The notes below the pieces were generated by a model that was not told the origin of the DNA, made no database searches, and saw nothing but the letters and a program-made list of their open reading frames with translations. From Phycisphaerae bacterium (GTDB lineage: Bacteria; Planctomycetota; Phycisphaerae; SM23-33), in contig CAXXMC010000003.1 in NCBI GenBank assembly GCA_963664745.2, forward strand, positions 62,634 through 126,633: 64,000 bases of DNA, written 5' to 3'. The translations under genes and the position numbers were made by a program. Positions within the stretch are counted from its first letter, which is position 1. Each line of letters opens with the position of its first letter. Of the stretch, positions 1 to 9,313 are shown in pieces.

Positions 1-1080
1 TTCCGCCGATTCCAGCAGTGCGATAATCATGAGTATGCACAGCGTCTGGCCCAGCAGCATTACAGCTGGTACGTAGCCTACCGTATGCGGCAATACCGAA
101 GCTGCTATGGCAGTGCCAGCTGTGCACAGGTAGATCGTCAGCAGGGCGGTGCGTTTGCTCATGCCTCGCTGGAGCAGTCTGTGCGAAAAATGTCGATTAT
201 CGCCGATCATCGGGTGTCTGCCTTCGCGGATACGGATAATCATTACGCTGAATGTGTCGTATATCGGGATGGCCATGGCCATGACCGGCACGAGCAGACC
301 ATAGAGGATCGTAGTCTGGTCCGGCTTGACGTACGTGGTCAGACAACTCAACACCGCCAGCATGAATCCGAGCACGAGCGAGCCGGCGTCGCCCATGAAA
401 ATTTTGGCAGGCGGGAAATTGTGAACCAGAAATCCCAGTGACGCTCCGAGTATCAGGCAAAGCCACCCCGAAACGAACCACTGTCCCATGCCTATCGAAG
501 CTCCCAGCAAGGCTCCGGCACAGATCGCAGCGACGCCAGAACATAAACCATCCATATTATCAAGGAAGTTGAAAGAATTCGTCAGCAGCACCAGCCAGAG
601 TATCGTGGCGATTACGCTCCACACCGGCCCGACAAGCGTGACGACCCGAACGTTGCAAAAAATCGCCACAAAACCCGAAGCCAATATCTGTACCACCAAC
701 TTTACCCACGGGCCGAGATGCTTTTTGTCGTCGATCAGGCCCATGATGTGCAGGCCGGTCGCAGCTGCGAGTATGCCAAGAGCTTGAGGGATTCTTGACG
801 ACGCGCCGGAAATATGAACAGACAATTCCTCCGGCAGCCAGCCTGGGACGCCCGTGACCGACCAGATTTTCGCCAAGGCCAGAACGAGTACGCTCGGCAG
901 CAGAATGGCGGCGAAAATTCCCGTTCCGCCAAGCAGGGGGGTAGCCAGGCTGTGGGCTTTATGATTGCCCGGCACGTCCAACATGCCGAATCGGAAAGCC
1001 AGCCTTTTGCACGCTCCCGTTGCGAGGATCGACAATAGGAACGAAAGTACGACGACACCGGCGATGGCTGAGAAGATCAC
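1..1080 (-). CDS. Undecaprenyl-phosphate GlcNAc-1-phosphate transferase (WecA/MraY-like, glycosyltransferase family 4), 3' end runs off the window
   Basis: Manual translation from GTG at 1080 gives MIFSAIAGVVVLSFLLSILATGACKRLAFRFGMLDVPGNHKAHSLATPLLGGTGIF, the WecA-type D-P-x-K-x-H-x-P-x-GG motif in a hydrophobic context. GTGA overlap with the upstream stop. Not in the ORF track. Confidence 0.8.
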   Translation of the reverse strand, partial: MIFSAIAGVVVLSFLLSILATGACKRLAFRFGMLDVPGNHKAHSLATPLLGGTGIFAAILLPSVLVLALAKIWSVTGVPGWLPEELSVHISGASSRIPQALGILAAATGLHIMGLIDDKKHLGPWVKLVVQILASGFVAIFCNVRVVTLVGPVWSVIATILWLVLLTNSFNFLDNMDGLCSGVAAICAGALLGASIGMGQWFVSGWLCLILGASLGFLVHNFPPAKIFMGDAGSLVLGFMLAVLSCLTTYVKPDQTTILYGLLVPVMAMAIPIYDTFSVMIIRIREGRHPMIGDNRHFSHRLLQRGMSKRTALLTIYLCTAGTAIAASVLPHTVGYVPAVMLLGQTLCILMIIALLESAE

Positions 1081-1646
1081 GATTTTTTCTCCTGAAGATT
1101 ACGAATATTCTTGGATTCCTGTTGTCGGAGCTTTGCCCTGGCTTCGTTCAGGAACGGAAAATATCTGCCCGAGCCGTAGTCCGGGAATGTCCAGGGCAAG
1201 CTCTGCCAGCCTTGGCGATACTGGAGCGTGACCTCGCCAAACACTCCACCATTGAGATAAATCCTGTGCGAAAAATCCTTCATGCTTGCGAGTATCAGTT
1301 TAGACTGCGCGACGTAGCCTGGGTCGAGATTTATAGGTCTGCGAATTTGACTGGCTGGGCCAAGTGTTTTCGCAAATTCATCCTCCAGCAGATTTGTCGC
1401 ACGCTTGATGTCCGCGAGTTGGCCTGGGTCTATGAGTTTATCGAAGGCTATGAATTTCCTCAGCCGCGGCTGGCCCATTTCCTCATCGTAGTATGTGGTG
1501 AAGTCGAACGGAATGATTTCGCTGCAAACGTCAACAGGGCCCAGGGTTTCTTCCAGCCTGGCCTGGGCCAGGTCGAACAGTTCAGCGCTGGCTGAGATCA
1601 TCCCGCAGATCAGCTTGACCGCGTCTGGTTGTGTAATTGCTGCCAT
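1077..1646 (-). CDS. DUF4416 family protein
   Basis: Motifs FDFTTYYDEEMG, RRPINLDPGY and KDFSHRIYL. Confidence 0.75.
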   Translation of the reverse strand: MAAITQPDAVKLICGMISASAELFDLAQARLEETLGPVDVCSEIIPFDFTTYYDEEMGQPRLRKFIAFDKLIDPGQLADIKRATNLLEDEFAKTLGPASQIRRPINLDPGYVAQSKLILASMKDFSHRIYLNGGVFGEVTLQYRQGWQSLPWTFPDYGSGRYFPFLNEARAKLRQQESKNIRNLQEKKS

Positions 1647-1822
1647 AGCCAGATTCTCGCCTCAGCGGACAACTATGTCAATGCTGAGGGTTTAGGCAAT
1701 AAATATTTTAGGGGAGTAGAAAAATGAAAATTGAAAAATGGAATTTTTGTGGCAAAACGTGTAATCTGTTGAGCTTGTTTTTGGAATTTGAACAACATGA
1801 GATAGTTGAGGAAATATAAAAC

Positions 1823-3097
1823 ATGATAGACATTAAATTGATTCGTGAAAATCCCGACGCATACAGGCAGGCTGCGAAGCTCAAGAAATGCAGGGTCGAT
1901 ATTGACGAACTCCTGGCTGTGGACAGTCAGCTGTTGGATGCGAAGCGAGAGTTGCAGGATCTCAAGACCGCCCAGAACGCAGCTGGGAAGGATATCGCCA
2001 AGTTGCCGAAGGACGAAAAGCCCGCTGCTATCGCGCGAATGGCGGAGCTAAAGGCCCAGGCTCAGAAACTCGACGAAGATATCGAAGCACTCGAGCCGAA
2101 ATTCAATAATCTCATGCTTCTTGTGCCGCAGATCCCCGCGCCGGAAGTGCCCGTCGGTGAAGACGATTCCTGCAACGTGGAGGTTCGCAAGGTAGGTCAG
2201 GTTCGCGAATTTGACTTCGAGCCGAAGGATCATGTCACGCTTGGTGAGGCGTTGGATATCATTGACATTCCGCGGGCGGTCAAGCTGGCTGGGACGCGAA
2301 ACTTCATTCTCAAGGGTGCAGGTGCCATGTTGCACCAGGCTGTGCTGCGACTGGCTATGGATCAGATGGTCGCCAAGGGCTATCAGCCCATGACCGTGCC
2401 AGTACTGGTGAACGAAAACGTCATGGAAGGCACGGGCTATTTTCCCGTAGGGCGGGACGACGCGTATCTTTGCGAACGCGATGGCCAGGCTTTGGTCGGC
2501 ACAGCGGAAGTGCCCACGACGGCTTACTACTCGGATGAAATTCTCGAAGAAGCTGATCTGCCGATAAAATTCGCAGCTATGAGTACGTGTTTTCGTCGCG
2601 AAGCAGGCTCAGCCGGCAAGGACACCAAGGGCCTGTATCGCATTCACTTTTTCGACAAGGTCGAGCAGGTGATTTTGTGCAAGGCCGATGCTGAAGAATC
2701 AGCCAGGCTGCACGAGGAGATTATCAAAAACGCCGAGGACTGCCTCCAGGCCCTCGAGCTGCCGTATCGGATTATCGAATGCTGCACCGGCGACATGGGC
2801 CAGGGCAAGGTGCGCATGTTTGATATCGAAACGTGGATGCCCAGCCGAGGTTGCTACAGCGAGACGCACTCAGCCAGCCGATTTCACGACTTCCAGTCAC
2901 GCCGGCTTAATATCAGATACCGCGACGCCAACGGCAAACTGCAGTTCGTCCATACGATGAACAATACCGTCATCGCCAGCCCGCGGATTCTCATCCCGCT
3001 GCTGGAACTCAACCAGAATGCAGACGGCAGCGTGAATGTCCCCGCCGCCCTCCAGCCTTACATGCACGGTATGACTAAAATCGAAGCGAAAAAATAG
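1823..3097 (+). CDS. serS: Serine--tRNA ligase
   Basis: MIDIKLIREN start, coiled-coil arm, GTAEVP, CFRREAGSAG, FDKVEQ, HTMNNT. Confidence 0.97.
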   Translation: MIDIKLIRENPDAYRQAAKLKKCRVDIDELLAVDSQLLDAKRELQDLKTAQNAAGKDIAKLPKDEKPAAIARMAELKAQAQKLDEDIEALEPKFNNLMLLVPQIPAPEVPVGEDDSCNVEVRKVGQVREFDFEPKDHVTLGEALDIIDIPRAVKLAGTRNFILKGAGAMLHQAVLRLAMDQMVAKGYQPMTVPVLVNENVMEGTGYFPVGRDDAYLCERDGQALVGTAEVPTTAYYSDEILEEADLPIKFAAMSTCFRREAGSAGKDTKGLYRIHFFDKVEQVILCKADAEESARLHEEIIKNAEDCLQALELPYRIIECCTGDMGQGKVRMFDIETWMPSRGCYSETHSASRFHDFQSRRLNIRYRDANGKLQFVHTMNNTVIASPRILIPLLELNQNADGSVNVPAALQPYMHGMTKIEAKK

Positions 3098-3148
3098 TTT
3101 GTGGTTTGTAGGTCAAGTTTTATCGTTACACGAAAATTGATATCAGGA

Positions 3149-3186
3149 CATGCGGCATTTAACGAACAGATGTTACATGTCGCATG
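3149..3186. repeat. REP-like hairpin, copy 1 (shared TAACGAACAGATGTTAC centre)
   Basis: CATGCGGCAT-TTAAC-GAACAGAT-GTTAC-ATGTCGCATG; related copy at 20406-20442. Confidence 0.65.
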
Positions 3187-3274
3187 GCTTTTTTGATTTT
3201 TTGGGTGCGTTAGCAGGTATGAAAATAATGAATAATGACAGTTTGTGAAATTTCGTAACCTGGCTGTGTTACCC

Positions 3275-3964
3275 TTAGCCTGCGATATTGAATGTATATA
3301 TCAGCGAAAGATAAATTCCGGCGATGATGAAAACCCCAGCTGCGATTCGCCTCGACCATTTTTCGATTTTTGTCAGCACATGAAAAGTCTTGCCCACGTA
3401 GTTTGTCGCCAGGGCTATCAGGAGTGCAAAGATCAGTACGGGCAGGCCCGTGCCCAGGCCGTAGACTAACGGCAGCAGGACGGGGGACTTCTGTTCCACC
3501 GCCAGCGGAACCAATTGCAGGAAGAACAATGCTGCGGATATCGGACAGAACGAAAGTGCGAAGAGAATCCCCAGCAAGGCCGATGAAACAATGCCCCCAG
3601 CAGCCAGTCGCTTGTGAAGTTTCTCACCCCCCACTGAAAATGAAATTTTTCCGCCCAACCAGCCCAGCAGGAACAGGCCTACGAATATGAGCACCGGGCC
3701 GAGGAACAGGTTCAGATACTTTTGCAGAAACTCCGAGACGATCGGTGTGGACAGCAACCCGGTCGTCAGTATAGAAGCCAGCCCGACATACGCCACCACT
3801 CGACCCAGTGAATAAAACAGGCCCGAGAGAATCGCGAGTTTACGCGTCGAAACCTGTTTGCCGATGTAGGAAACGGCAGCGATGTTCGTCGCCATCGGAC
3901 ACGGACTGATCGACGTGTAAACGCCATATAACGCCGCTGCCCATATCGCAGCTGCGAAAGACAT
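3275..3964 (-). CDS. CcdA/DsbD-like membrane protein (ArsG-like)
   Basis: SISPCP and LSFCPIS cysteine motifs in a multi-TM protein; ars-type context. Confidence 0.75.
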   Translation of the reverse strand: MSFAAAIWAAALYGVYTSISPCPMATNIAAVSYIGKQVSTRKLAILSGLFYSLGRVVAYVGLASILTTGLLSTPIVSEFLQKYLNLFLGPVLIFVGLFLLGWLGGKISFSVGGEKLHKRLAAGGIVSSALLGILFALSFCPISAALFFLQLVPLAVEQKSPVLLPLVYGLGTGLPVLIFALLIALATNYVGKTFHVLTKIEKWSRRIAAGVFIIAGIYLSLIYTFNIAG

Positions 3965-4449
3965 TACTTTGACTCCTGCAGATTCTTGATTTCGGATTTG
4001 ACGTAATTCAAGAAGGCGGGCTTGTTGCGAACGAGTTTCCAGACATCAGCCAGGTTTTTCCACTGAACGACCTGGCCTGCCTGCACTTTTGCGATAACGA
4101 CCGATGCGGATGCTAGCTGAAATTTTTCGATATAATGTCGATTCTCAGGCTGTTCGTAGTTTTCAACTTTCCATTCCATTTTATCATCAGCCAGGTCCGA
4201 CGCGAAATCAGTCTGGACAACTTCGTGCGCGAAGGCTTCTATAGTGCGACATGTTCTGCAACGCTGATTGCGATGGAAGTAGTAGACCACAATTTTCTCA
4301 GCCGGGGCTGAGGCTGGCTGAGTGACGGGGGATTTTTCGGCCTGCTCGGTTGGGGCGACATTGTCGTTTGCGGTTTTAACGATCGCGACAACAACCGCAG
4401 CCAGGGCAAAAAGTACAAGTATGACAGTTAGAATGGTTTTAAATTTCAT
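3964..4449 (-). CDS. Exported thioredoxin-fold protein (ArsF-like)
   Basis: N-terminal anchor; VYYFHRNQRCRTC (CxxC). Confidence 0.7.
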   Translation of the reverse strand: MKFKTILTVILVLFALAAVVVAIVKTANDNVAPTEQAEKSPVTQPASAPAEKIVVYYFHRNQRCRTCRTIEAFAHEVVQTDFASDLADDKMEWKVENYEQPENRHYIEKFQLASASVVIAKVQAGQVVQWKNLADVWKLVRNKPAFLNYVKSEIKNLQESK

Positions 4450-4504
4450 GTTTTTTCTCACATTTAAAAAAGTTTTGCCACAGAGGCCTCAGAGGATTCT
4501 AAGT

Positions 4505-4588
4505 GTGTCATACTGAGCGTAGCCTATCAGACGGAGTCGAAGGATCTCGCAACCTTTATAGACCTTTCGACGTTGCTCAGGGTGACAC
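4505..4588. repeat. GTCA-type REP-like palindrome (GTCATACTGAGCG...GTCGAAGGATCT...CTCAGGGTGAC)
   Basis: Terminal GTGTCA/TGACAC and internal TCGAAGG/CCTTTCGA pairing; enclosed by GCCACAGAG...CTCTGTGGC inverted repeats (about 4477-4642). Confidence 0.7.
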
Positions 4589-4663
4589 AAATTATCAAAA
4601 AAACTATTCAGCCAGACTCTGTGTTCTCACCATCTCTGTGGCCGATGTTTTTTCTTTTTGGTT

Positions 4664-4897
4664 TCAGGCCAGCATCGCTGCGATTTCATCCGGCGAGGGC
4701 ACTTTGCCGGTGATCTTGACTTCGCCATCTATAGCCAGTGCCGGTGTCATCATCACGCCGAAAGCCATGATGTCATTTATGTCTGTGACCTTTTCGAGTT
4801 CGAATTCCACGCCTGCCTGCGTTGCTCCCAGTTTTGCGTTCTCCGCCAGCGTTTCACATTTCGGACAGCCCGTGCCCAGGATTTGAATTTTGATCAT
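4664..4897 (-). CDS. Small thioredoxin-family redox protein (MTH895-like)
   Basis: ILGTGCPKC and GVMMTPALAIDG. Confidence 0.9.
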   Translation of the reverse strand: MIKIQILGTGCPKCETLAENAKLGATQAGVEFELEKVTDINDIMAFGVMMTPALAIDGEVKITGKVPSPDEIAAMLA

Positions 4898-4943
4898 TTT
4901 GTATGCCTTTCAAAGTTAGAATCTATAACAAAGTTTGGAAAAC

Positions 4944-6254
4944 TCAAACAGCCGTGTTACAAAAATTTCCGAAGATTATACCGCTTATTGTAGCCATGAT
5001 TATTACGAGTGTGACGTAGACGATGGTTTTTTTCGTGCCCATGACACTACGAATAACCAGCATGTTCGGCAGTGAAAGTGCAGGCCCAGCCAGCAGCAGC
5101 GCTAAGGCAGGCCCCTTGCCCATGCCAGAATCCAGCAGGCCTCGGAGGATCGGCACTTCCGTCAATGTCGCGAAGTACATGAACGCGCCGGCGACGGATG
5201 CGAAAAGATTCGACCTGATCGAATTACCGCCTACCGCTGATTCGATCCATCGGCTTGGCATGACGCCTTCCTGGCCTGGCCTGCCCAGCAGGAAGCCCGC
5301 GATCAATACGCCAAACAGCAGCAGGGGGAGGATCTGTTTCGCAAACCCCCAAGACGACGTGAACCACTCGCCGGCTTCGTCCTTGTCCGTGCTGAGGATT
5401 GAAGACAGCCCGATGATTCCCGCACCGAATGCGAGCATTGGAATCTTGGGATAAAGCAGGGCCAGGATGACTGTGGGTATGGCAGCGAGCAGGATTTTCC
5501 ACCACTTGACCTTGAACCACGCGATCATGATTATAGCGAAGGCAATGGCAAAGCCGCTCGTGATCAGCCATTTTGCGGAATATATCGCCAGCCAGGCCCC
5601 GGTGGCGTTTTCGGATTTTCCGAAATTCGCAAAGACCAGCACGCCAACCATGCTCGCGAAATAAAGCACGTTCTGCCACAAAGGACGGGTGACTTCCGGG
5701 GTGGGCATGACAGCCTGACTTTGTGCTTTTGCGAGTTCCTCCTTGCGGAAGATCAGGTGCATCAGCAAGCCTATGACGACGCTGAATAAAATGGCTCCGA
5801 CCGCGCGGGCGACGCCTAGTTCCATGCCCAGTACCTTGGCTGTGAGTACGATGGCCAGGACGTTAATGGCTGGGCCGGAATACAGGAATGCCGTAGCTGG
5901 GCCCAGGCCAGCGCCCATTCGATATATTCCCGCGAACAGGGGTAGTACCGTGCAGGAACAGACCGCCAGGATAGTGCCCGAAACGCTCGCCACACCATAG
6001 GCCAGGAACTTGTTTGTCTTCGCGCCGAGATACTTCATCACCGAAGCCTGGCTGATGAAAACGGCAATCGCACCGGCTATGAAGAAGGCTGGGATTAGAC
6101 ACAGCAAAACATGCTCCTGAGCATACCACTTGGCCAACGCAAGCGACTCTATCACGCCATTGCGAAACCGTTCGCTGCTGATCGGCAGATAAAAAAACGC
6201 CAAAAAAGCCCCCACGATCAGGAGGAGCGGCTTGTATTCTTTTTTCCAGTTCAT
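4944..6254 (-). CDS. ArsP/DUF318 family permease
   Basis: AVCSCTVLP, FLYSGPAIN, YFATLTEVP, LLAGPALSLP. Confidence 0.85.
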   Translation of the reverse strand: MNWKKEYKPLLLIVGAFLAFFYLPISSERFRNGVIESLALAKWYAQEHVLLCLIPAFFIAGAIAVFISQASVMKYLGAKTNKFLAYGVASVSGTILAVCSCTVLPLFAGIYRMGAGLGPATAFLYSGPAINVLAIVLTAKVLGMELGVARAVGAILFSVVIGLLMHLIFRKEELAKAQSQAVMPTPEVTRPLWQNVLYFASMVGVLVFANFGKSENATGAWLAIYSAKWLITSGFAIAFAIIMIAWFKVKWWKILLAAIPTVILALLYPKIPMLAFGAGIIGLSSILSTDKDEAGEWFTSSWGFAKQILPLLLFGVLIAGFLLGRPGQEGVMPSRWIESAVGGNSIRSNLFASVAGAFMYFATLTEVPILRGLLDSGMGKGPALALLLAGPALSLPNMLVIRSVMGTKKTIVYVTLVIIMATISGIIFGNFCNTAV

Positions 6255-6320
6255 ATTTTCTTGCCTTTTGTTGAAACAGCTTTGACATGTTAAAAAAAGT
6301 TAGCCAAACTTTGGATTACT

Positions 6321-6398
6321 TGTCATTGCGAGGAGCGTAGCGACGCGGCAATCTAAAATTCTAATAGATGAGATTGCTTTGCTTTGCTCGCAATGACA
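6321..6398. repeat. GTCATTGCGAG...CTCGCAATGAC REP-like palindrome, copy 1
   Basis: Perfect terminal IR; internal GCAATCT/AGATTGC; copies at 20692 and 60633. Confidence 0.85.
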
Positions 6399-6466
6399 AA
6401 CAAACATGTTTTCAGGGAAGCAAAATAGTTTCCAGTTGTACTGAATCCTGACTTTGGACTGCTTCC

Positions 6467-6793
6467 CTAAAGATCCTTCAGAACTTTTGCGTCTTCTTCT
6501 ATCCTGTTGCGGACTACATCCGAGACGCAGGAAAGAAAATTAAGCAGGCAGGGGGTCTTGAGTTCGTAGATCATCTTCAGGCCTTCCTTGCGAACGCCCA
6601 GAACCCCAGCCTTGAGCATTACGCTCAGATGACGCGAAACGTTCGACCGCTCATGGCCGACTTTCCTGGCTATATCGCAGACACACATTTCGCCATTCTT
6701 CAGAAAATCCAGAATCGCCAGCCTGACCGGATGGCCTATCGCCTGGATTATCTCAGACTGGTACTCGTAAAGTTTCTGATTGCTGCCGTTCAT
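6467..6793 (-). CDS. ArsR/SmtB family transcriptional repressor
   Basis: GHPVRLAIL, EMCVCDIA metal site, SNVSRHL. Confidence 0.92.
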   Translation of the reverse strand: MNGSNQKLYEYQSEIIQAIGHPVRLAILDFLKNGEMCVCDIARKVGHERSNVSRHLSVMLKAGVLGVRKEGLKMIYELKTPCLLNFLSCVSDVVRNRIEEDAKVLKDL

Positions 6794-6805
6794 AATAAAC
6801 CTCTA

Positions 6806-6846
6806 AGTGAATATGTGATTATACACTCACATATGCACTGAGTCAA
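6806..6846 (-). promoter_or_regulatory. Sigma70 promoter (TTGACT-17-TATAAT) overlapped by a candidate ArsR operator
   Basis: Minus-strand -35 at 6846-6841 and -10 at 6823-6818; IR ATATGTGA-N8-TCACATAT at 6811-6834. Confidence 0.8.
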
Positions 6847-6932
6847 GGCGGAGAAAAATAAATTTGAAGGATTTTGATGTATTCGTTCTTACTGTTGCTT
6901 CCTGGTGCTTGCAGCGGTAGCATATTGACATT

Positions 6933-8249
6933 ATGAGTACTACAAAATTACAGGTTGCGTTGGATTTTCTTGATTTGGACCGGGCCATGGCTGTGGCTGT
7001 TGATGCCGTCGCAGGCGGAGCGGAGTTTATCGAAGCCGGTACTCCGCTGATAAAAAGCGAAGGGCTGGACTCCGTTCGTGCGCTTCGTGCGAAATTTCCT
7101 GACAAGACGATCATAGCTGATACGAAGACGATGGACGCCGGCAAGATCGAAGCCGAAGCTTCTGCCAAGGCTGGCGCTAATATCATGACCGTCCTGGCAG
7201 CGGCCCCGGAGTCGACCATTCGCGAATGTGTCGAAGCGGGTAAGCATTACGGCATACAGATAGCTGTCGATTTGCTGGGCATTGATGACCCGGTCGGCTT
7301 TGCGAAGCAGGCTGCGGGTCTTGGCGTGGCCTGGCTTGACGTGCATTGCGCCATCGATCAGCAGATGCAGGGCGCCGATCCGCTTGAATTGCTCCGGCAG
7401 GTGCGAGCTGTGACTGATCTCACCTTAGCTGTGGCTGGGGGGATAAATTCCGAGACCGCCGCTGCAGCACTGGCTGCGGGCGCGGATGTCGTAATCGTCG
7501 GCGGGGCCATAACCAAGGCTATCGACGTCAAAAAGGCGACAGCTGATATTCGCAAGGCCCTCGATACGGGCCAGGCCGTCGCCAGCGAACATTTCAAACG
7601 AACAGGCCAGGCCAATCTCCGCGAAATTCTGCAAAAAGTGACTACGAGCAATATTTCCGACGGCTCGCATCGCCAGCCTTGCCTGGAAGGCATCAGGCCG
7701 ATCTCAGTGGGACAGTTTGCCTGTGGCCCAGCTGTGACTGTTAAATGTTTTCCCGGCGACTGGGCAAAGCCCGTCGAAGCTATCGACATCGCAAAGCCCG
7801 GCGACATCATAGTTGTCGATACCTCAGGCCAGCCGCCCGCGATCTGGGGCGAACTTGCGACCGAAAGCGCGAAAAATAAAGGCATAGCAGGGCTGGTCGT
7901 CAACGGGGCTGTGCGCGACACCGCTGCGATACGCGAGCTGGGGTTCCCGGTCTGGAGCAGACATATCACCAGTCATGCCGGTAACCCGCATGGGCTGGGC
8001 GAAATAAACGTGCCGATTGAAATTTCGCACCAGGCTGTCAATCCCGGCGATTGGATCGTAGCTGACGACGACGGCGTCATTATTCTCCCCTCAGCCAAGG
8101 CTGTGGAAATGGCCAATCGCGGCGCGGATATCCTGGAAGCGGAAAATCGGATTCGGACGGAAATTCGTGATAAAAAGAGTACGCTGGCTGAGGTCGTGAG
8201 CCTGAAACGATGGGAAAAGAAAGGGGCAGGCCATGCCGTTATCGGGTAG
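6933..8249 (+). CDS. 3-hexulose-6-phosphate synthase fused to an RraA/HMG-aldolase-like domain
   Basis: N-terminal LQVALD, IEAGTPLIKSEG, DTKTMDAG; C-terminal AIWGELAT, NGAVRD, PGDWIVADDDGV. Confidence 0.88.
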   Translation: MSTTKLQVALDFLDLDRAMAVAVDAVAGGAEFIEAGTPLIKSEGLDSVRALRAKFPDKTIIADTKTMDAGKIEAEASAKAGANIMTVLAAAPESTIRECVEAGKHYGIQIAVDLLGIDDPVGFAKQAAGLGVAWLDVHCAIDQQMQGADPLELLRQVRAVTDLTLAVAGGINSETAAAALAAGADVVIVGGAITKAIDVKKATADIRKALDTGQAVASEHFKRTGQANLREILQKVTTSNISDGSHRQPCLEGIRPISVGQFACGPAVTVKCFPGDWAKPVEAIDIAKPGDIIVVDTSGQPPAIWGELATESAKNKGIAGLVVNGAVRDTAAIRELGFPVWSRHITSHAGNPHGLGEINVPIEISHQAVNPGDWIVADDDGVIILPSAKAVEMANRGADILEAENRIRTEIRDKKSTLAEVVSLKRWEKKGAGHAVIG

Positions 8250-8793
8250 GGCAGATCGCGACGCCGTCAAGGTTGCCAATAAGGAACTGATCAATCGCAT
8301 CGAGATGGTGATGGAAAGGATTGACTGGGAGAGTTTCCTAAAACTGGCTGATATGCTGCCGGCATTCAAACGTACCTTCCTGACCGGGGCAGGGCGTAGC
8401 GGCCTTGTTGCGCGTATGTTCGGCATGAGACTAATGCATGCAGGCCTGACCGCATACGTTACAGGCGAGACGATAACGCCAGCTGCGGGAAAGGGCGATC
8501 TGCTGGTCGCGATCAGCTGTACGGGCAGCACGGGCTATACGGAGTATCTCATCCGCAGGGCGAAAGAATTCGGCGCTAAGGTTGTAGTGTTGACCAGCGT
8601 CGCTGAGTCTCCGCTGGCAGTGCTTGCTGATGAAGTTGTCATGATCCCCGCCACAGCTGAGGATATCGTCACCCGGGCAGCTGTTTTCGAGCACAGCTGC
8701 AGTTTGTGTCTGGACGCCGTTTTCAATGTTCTCTCAGAACGGCTGAAGGTAGACGCCGAAGCCTTCAAATCCCGTCATGCCAACCTGGAATAA
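8233..8793 (+). CDS. hxlB: 6-phospho-3-hexuloisomerase (SIS domain)
   Basis: GAGRSGLV, MRLMHAG, GETITP, FE and C-terminal RHANLE. Confidence 0.88.
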   Translation: MPLSGRADRDAVKVANKELINRIEMVMERIDWESFLKLADMLPAFKRTFLTGAGRSGLVARMFGMRLMHAGLTAYVTGETITPAAGKGDLLVAISCTGSTGYTEYLIRRAKEFGAKVVVLTSVAESPLAVLADEVVMIPATAEDIVTRAAVFEHSCSLCLDAVFNVLSERLKVDAEAFKSRHANLE

Positions 8794-8835
8794 AAAGGGT
8801 GCCCGGAAGTTAGAGCTTGGAGAATCCATTTACTT

Positions 8836-8996
8836 TAGAGCATATCAAACTTGATAGTTCCCTTTTTGCTGGCTTGCTTTGCCCTTGGCTGCTTCAGAAA
8901 CGTTGCGGAATATCTACAAATATGCCTTACGTTTCTTACTTGCCACGAACAAACCCGCTACGCAAAAATCGGAACTCTCAACTTTTCAATGCTTTA
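8836..8996. mobile_element. Fold-back MITE-like element, subfamily A (TAGAGCAT ends), conserved core on the minus strand
   Basis: 161 bp; close copies at 32759-32919 and 63556-63717; extra TAGAGC stubs at 8811 and 8995-9016. Confidence 0.85.
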
Positions 8997-9013
8997 GAGC
9001 ATATCAAAAGGCT

Positions 9014-9313
9014 CTACACGTCTTTTTCGTTATCATGGCTTGGGGGGTGGTTTTTTGTTGAATGGTCCTGTTTATTTTCAAGATAGGGATTTTCGGTATC
9101 GTCTTTATTGTTGGAGTCATCGTCTTCGAATTCTTTTTTGACGTCTTTAAGTTCGCTCTTGAAGGCCTTCAGGCCGCGTGCCAGACCTTTTGCCAGTTCG
9201 GGCAGTTTCTTGCCGCCGAATAGCAGAAGAACCACGATCAGGATAAGTACTACCTCCTGCGGGCCTACCGACCATGCCAACATTTCCGTCGTTGTGTTTA
9301 CGAGAGCTATCAT
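9014..9313 (-). CDS. tatA: Twin-arginine translocase subunit TatA
   Basis: [37 protein letters not shown]. Confidence 0.92.
   Translation of the reverse strand: MIALVNTTTEMLAWSVGPQEVVLILIVVLLLFGGKKLPELAKGLARGLKAFKSELKDVKKEFEDDDSNNKDDTENPYLENKQDHSTKNHPPSHDNEKDV

Noticed and set aside
8817-9086. ORFs 8817-9086, 32711-32998 and 63571-63786 as a protein family
   Set aside because: The similarity comes from the repeated element; starts and ends are not conserved.
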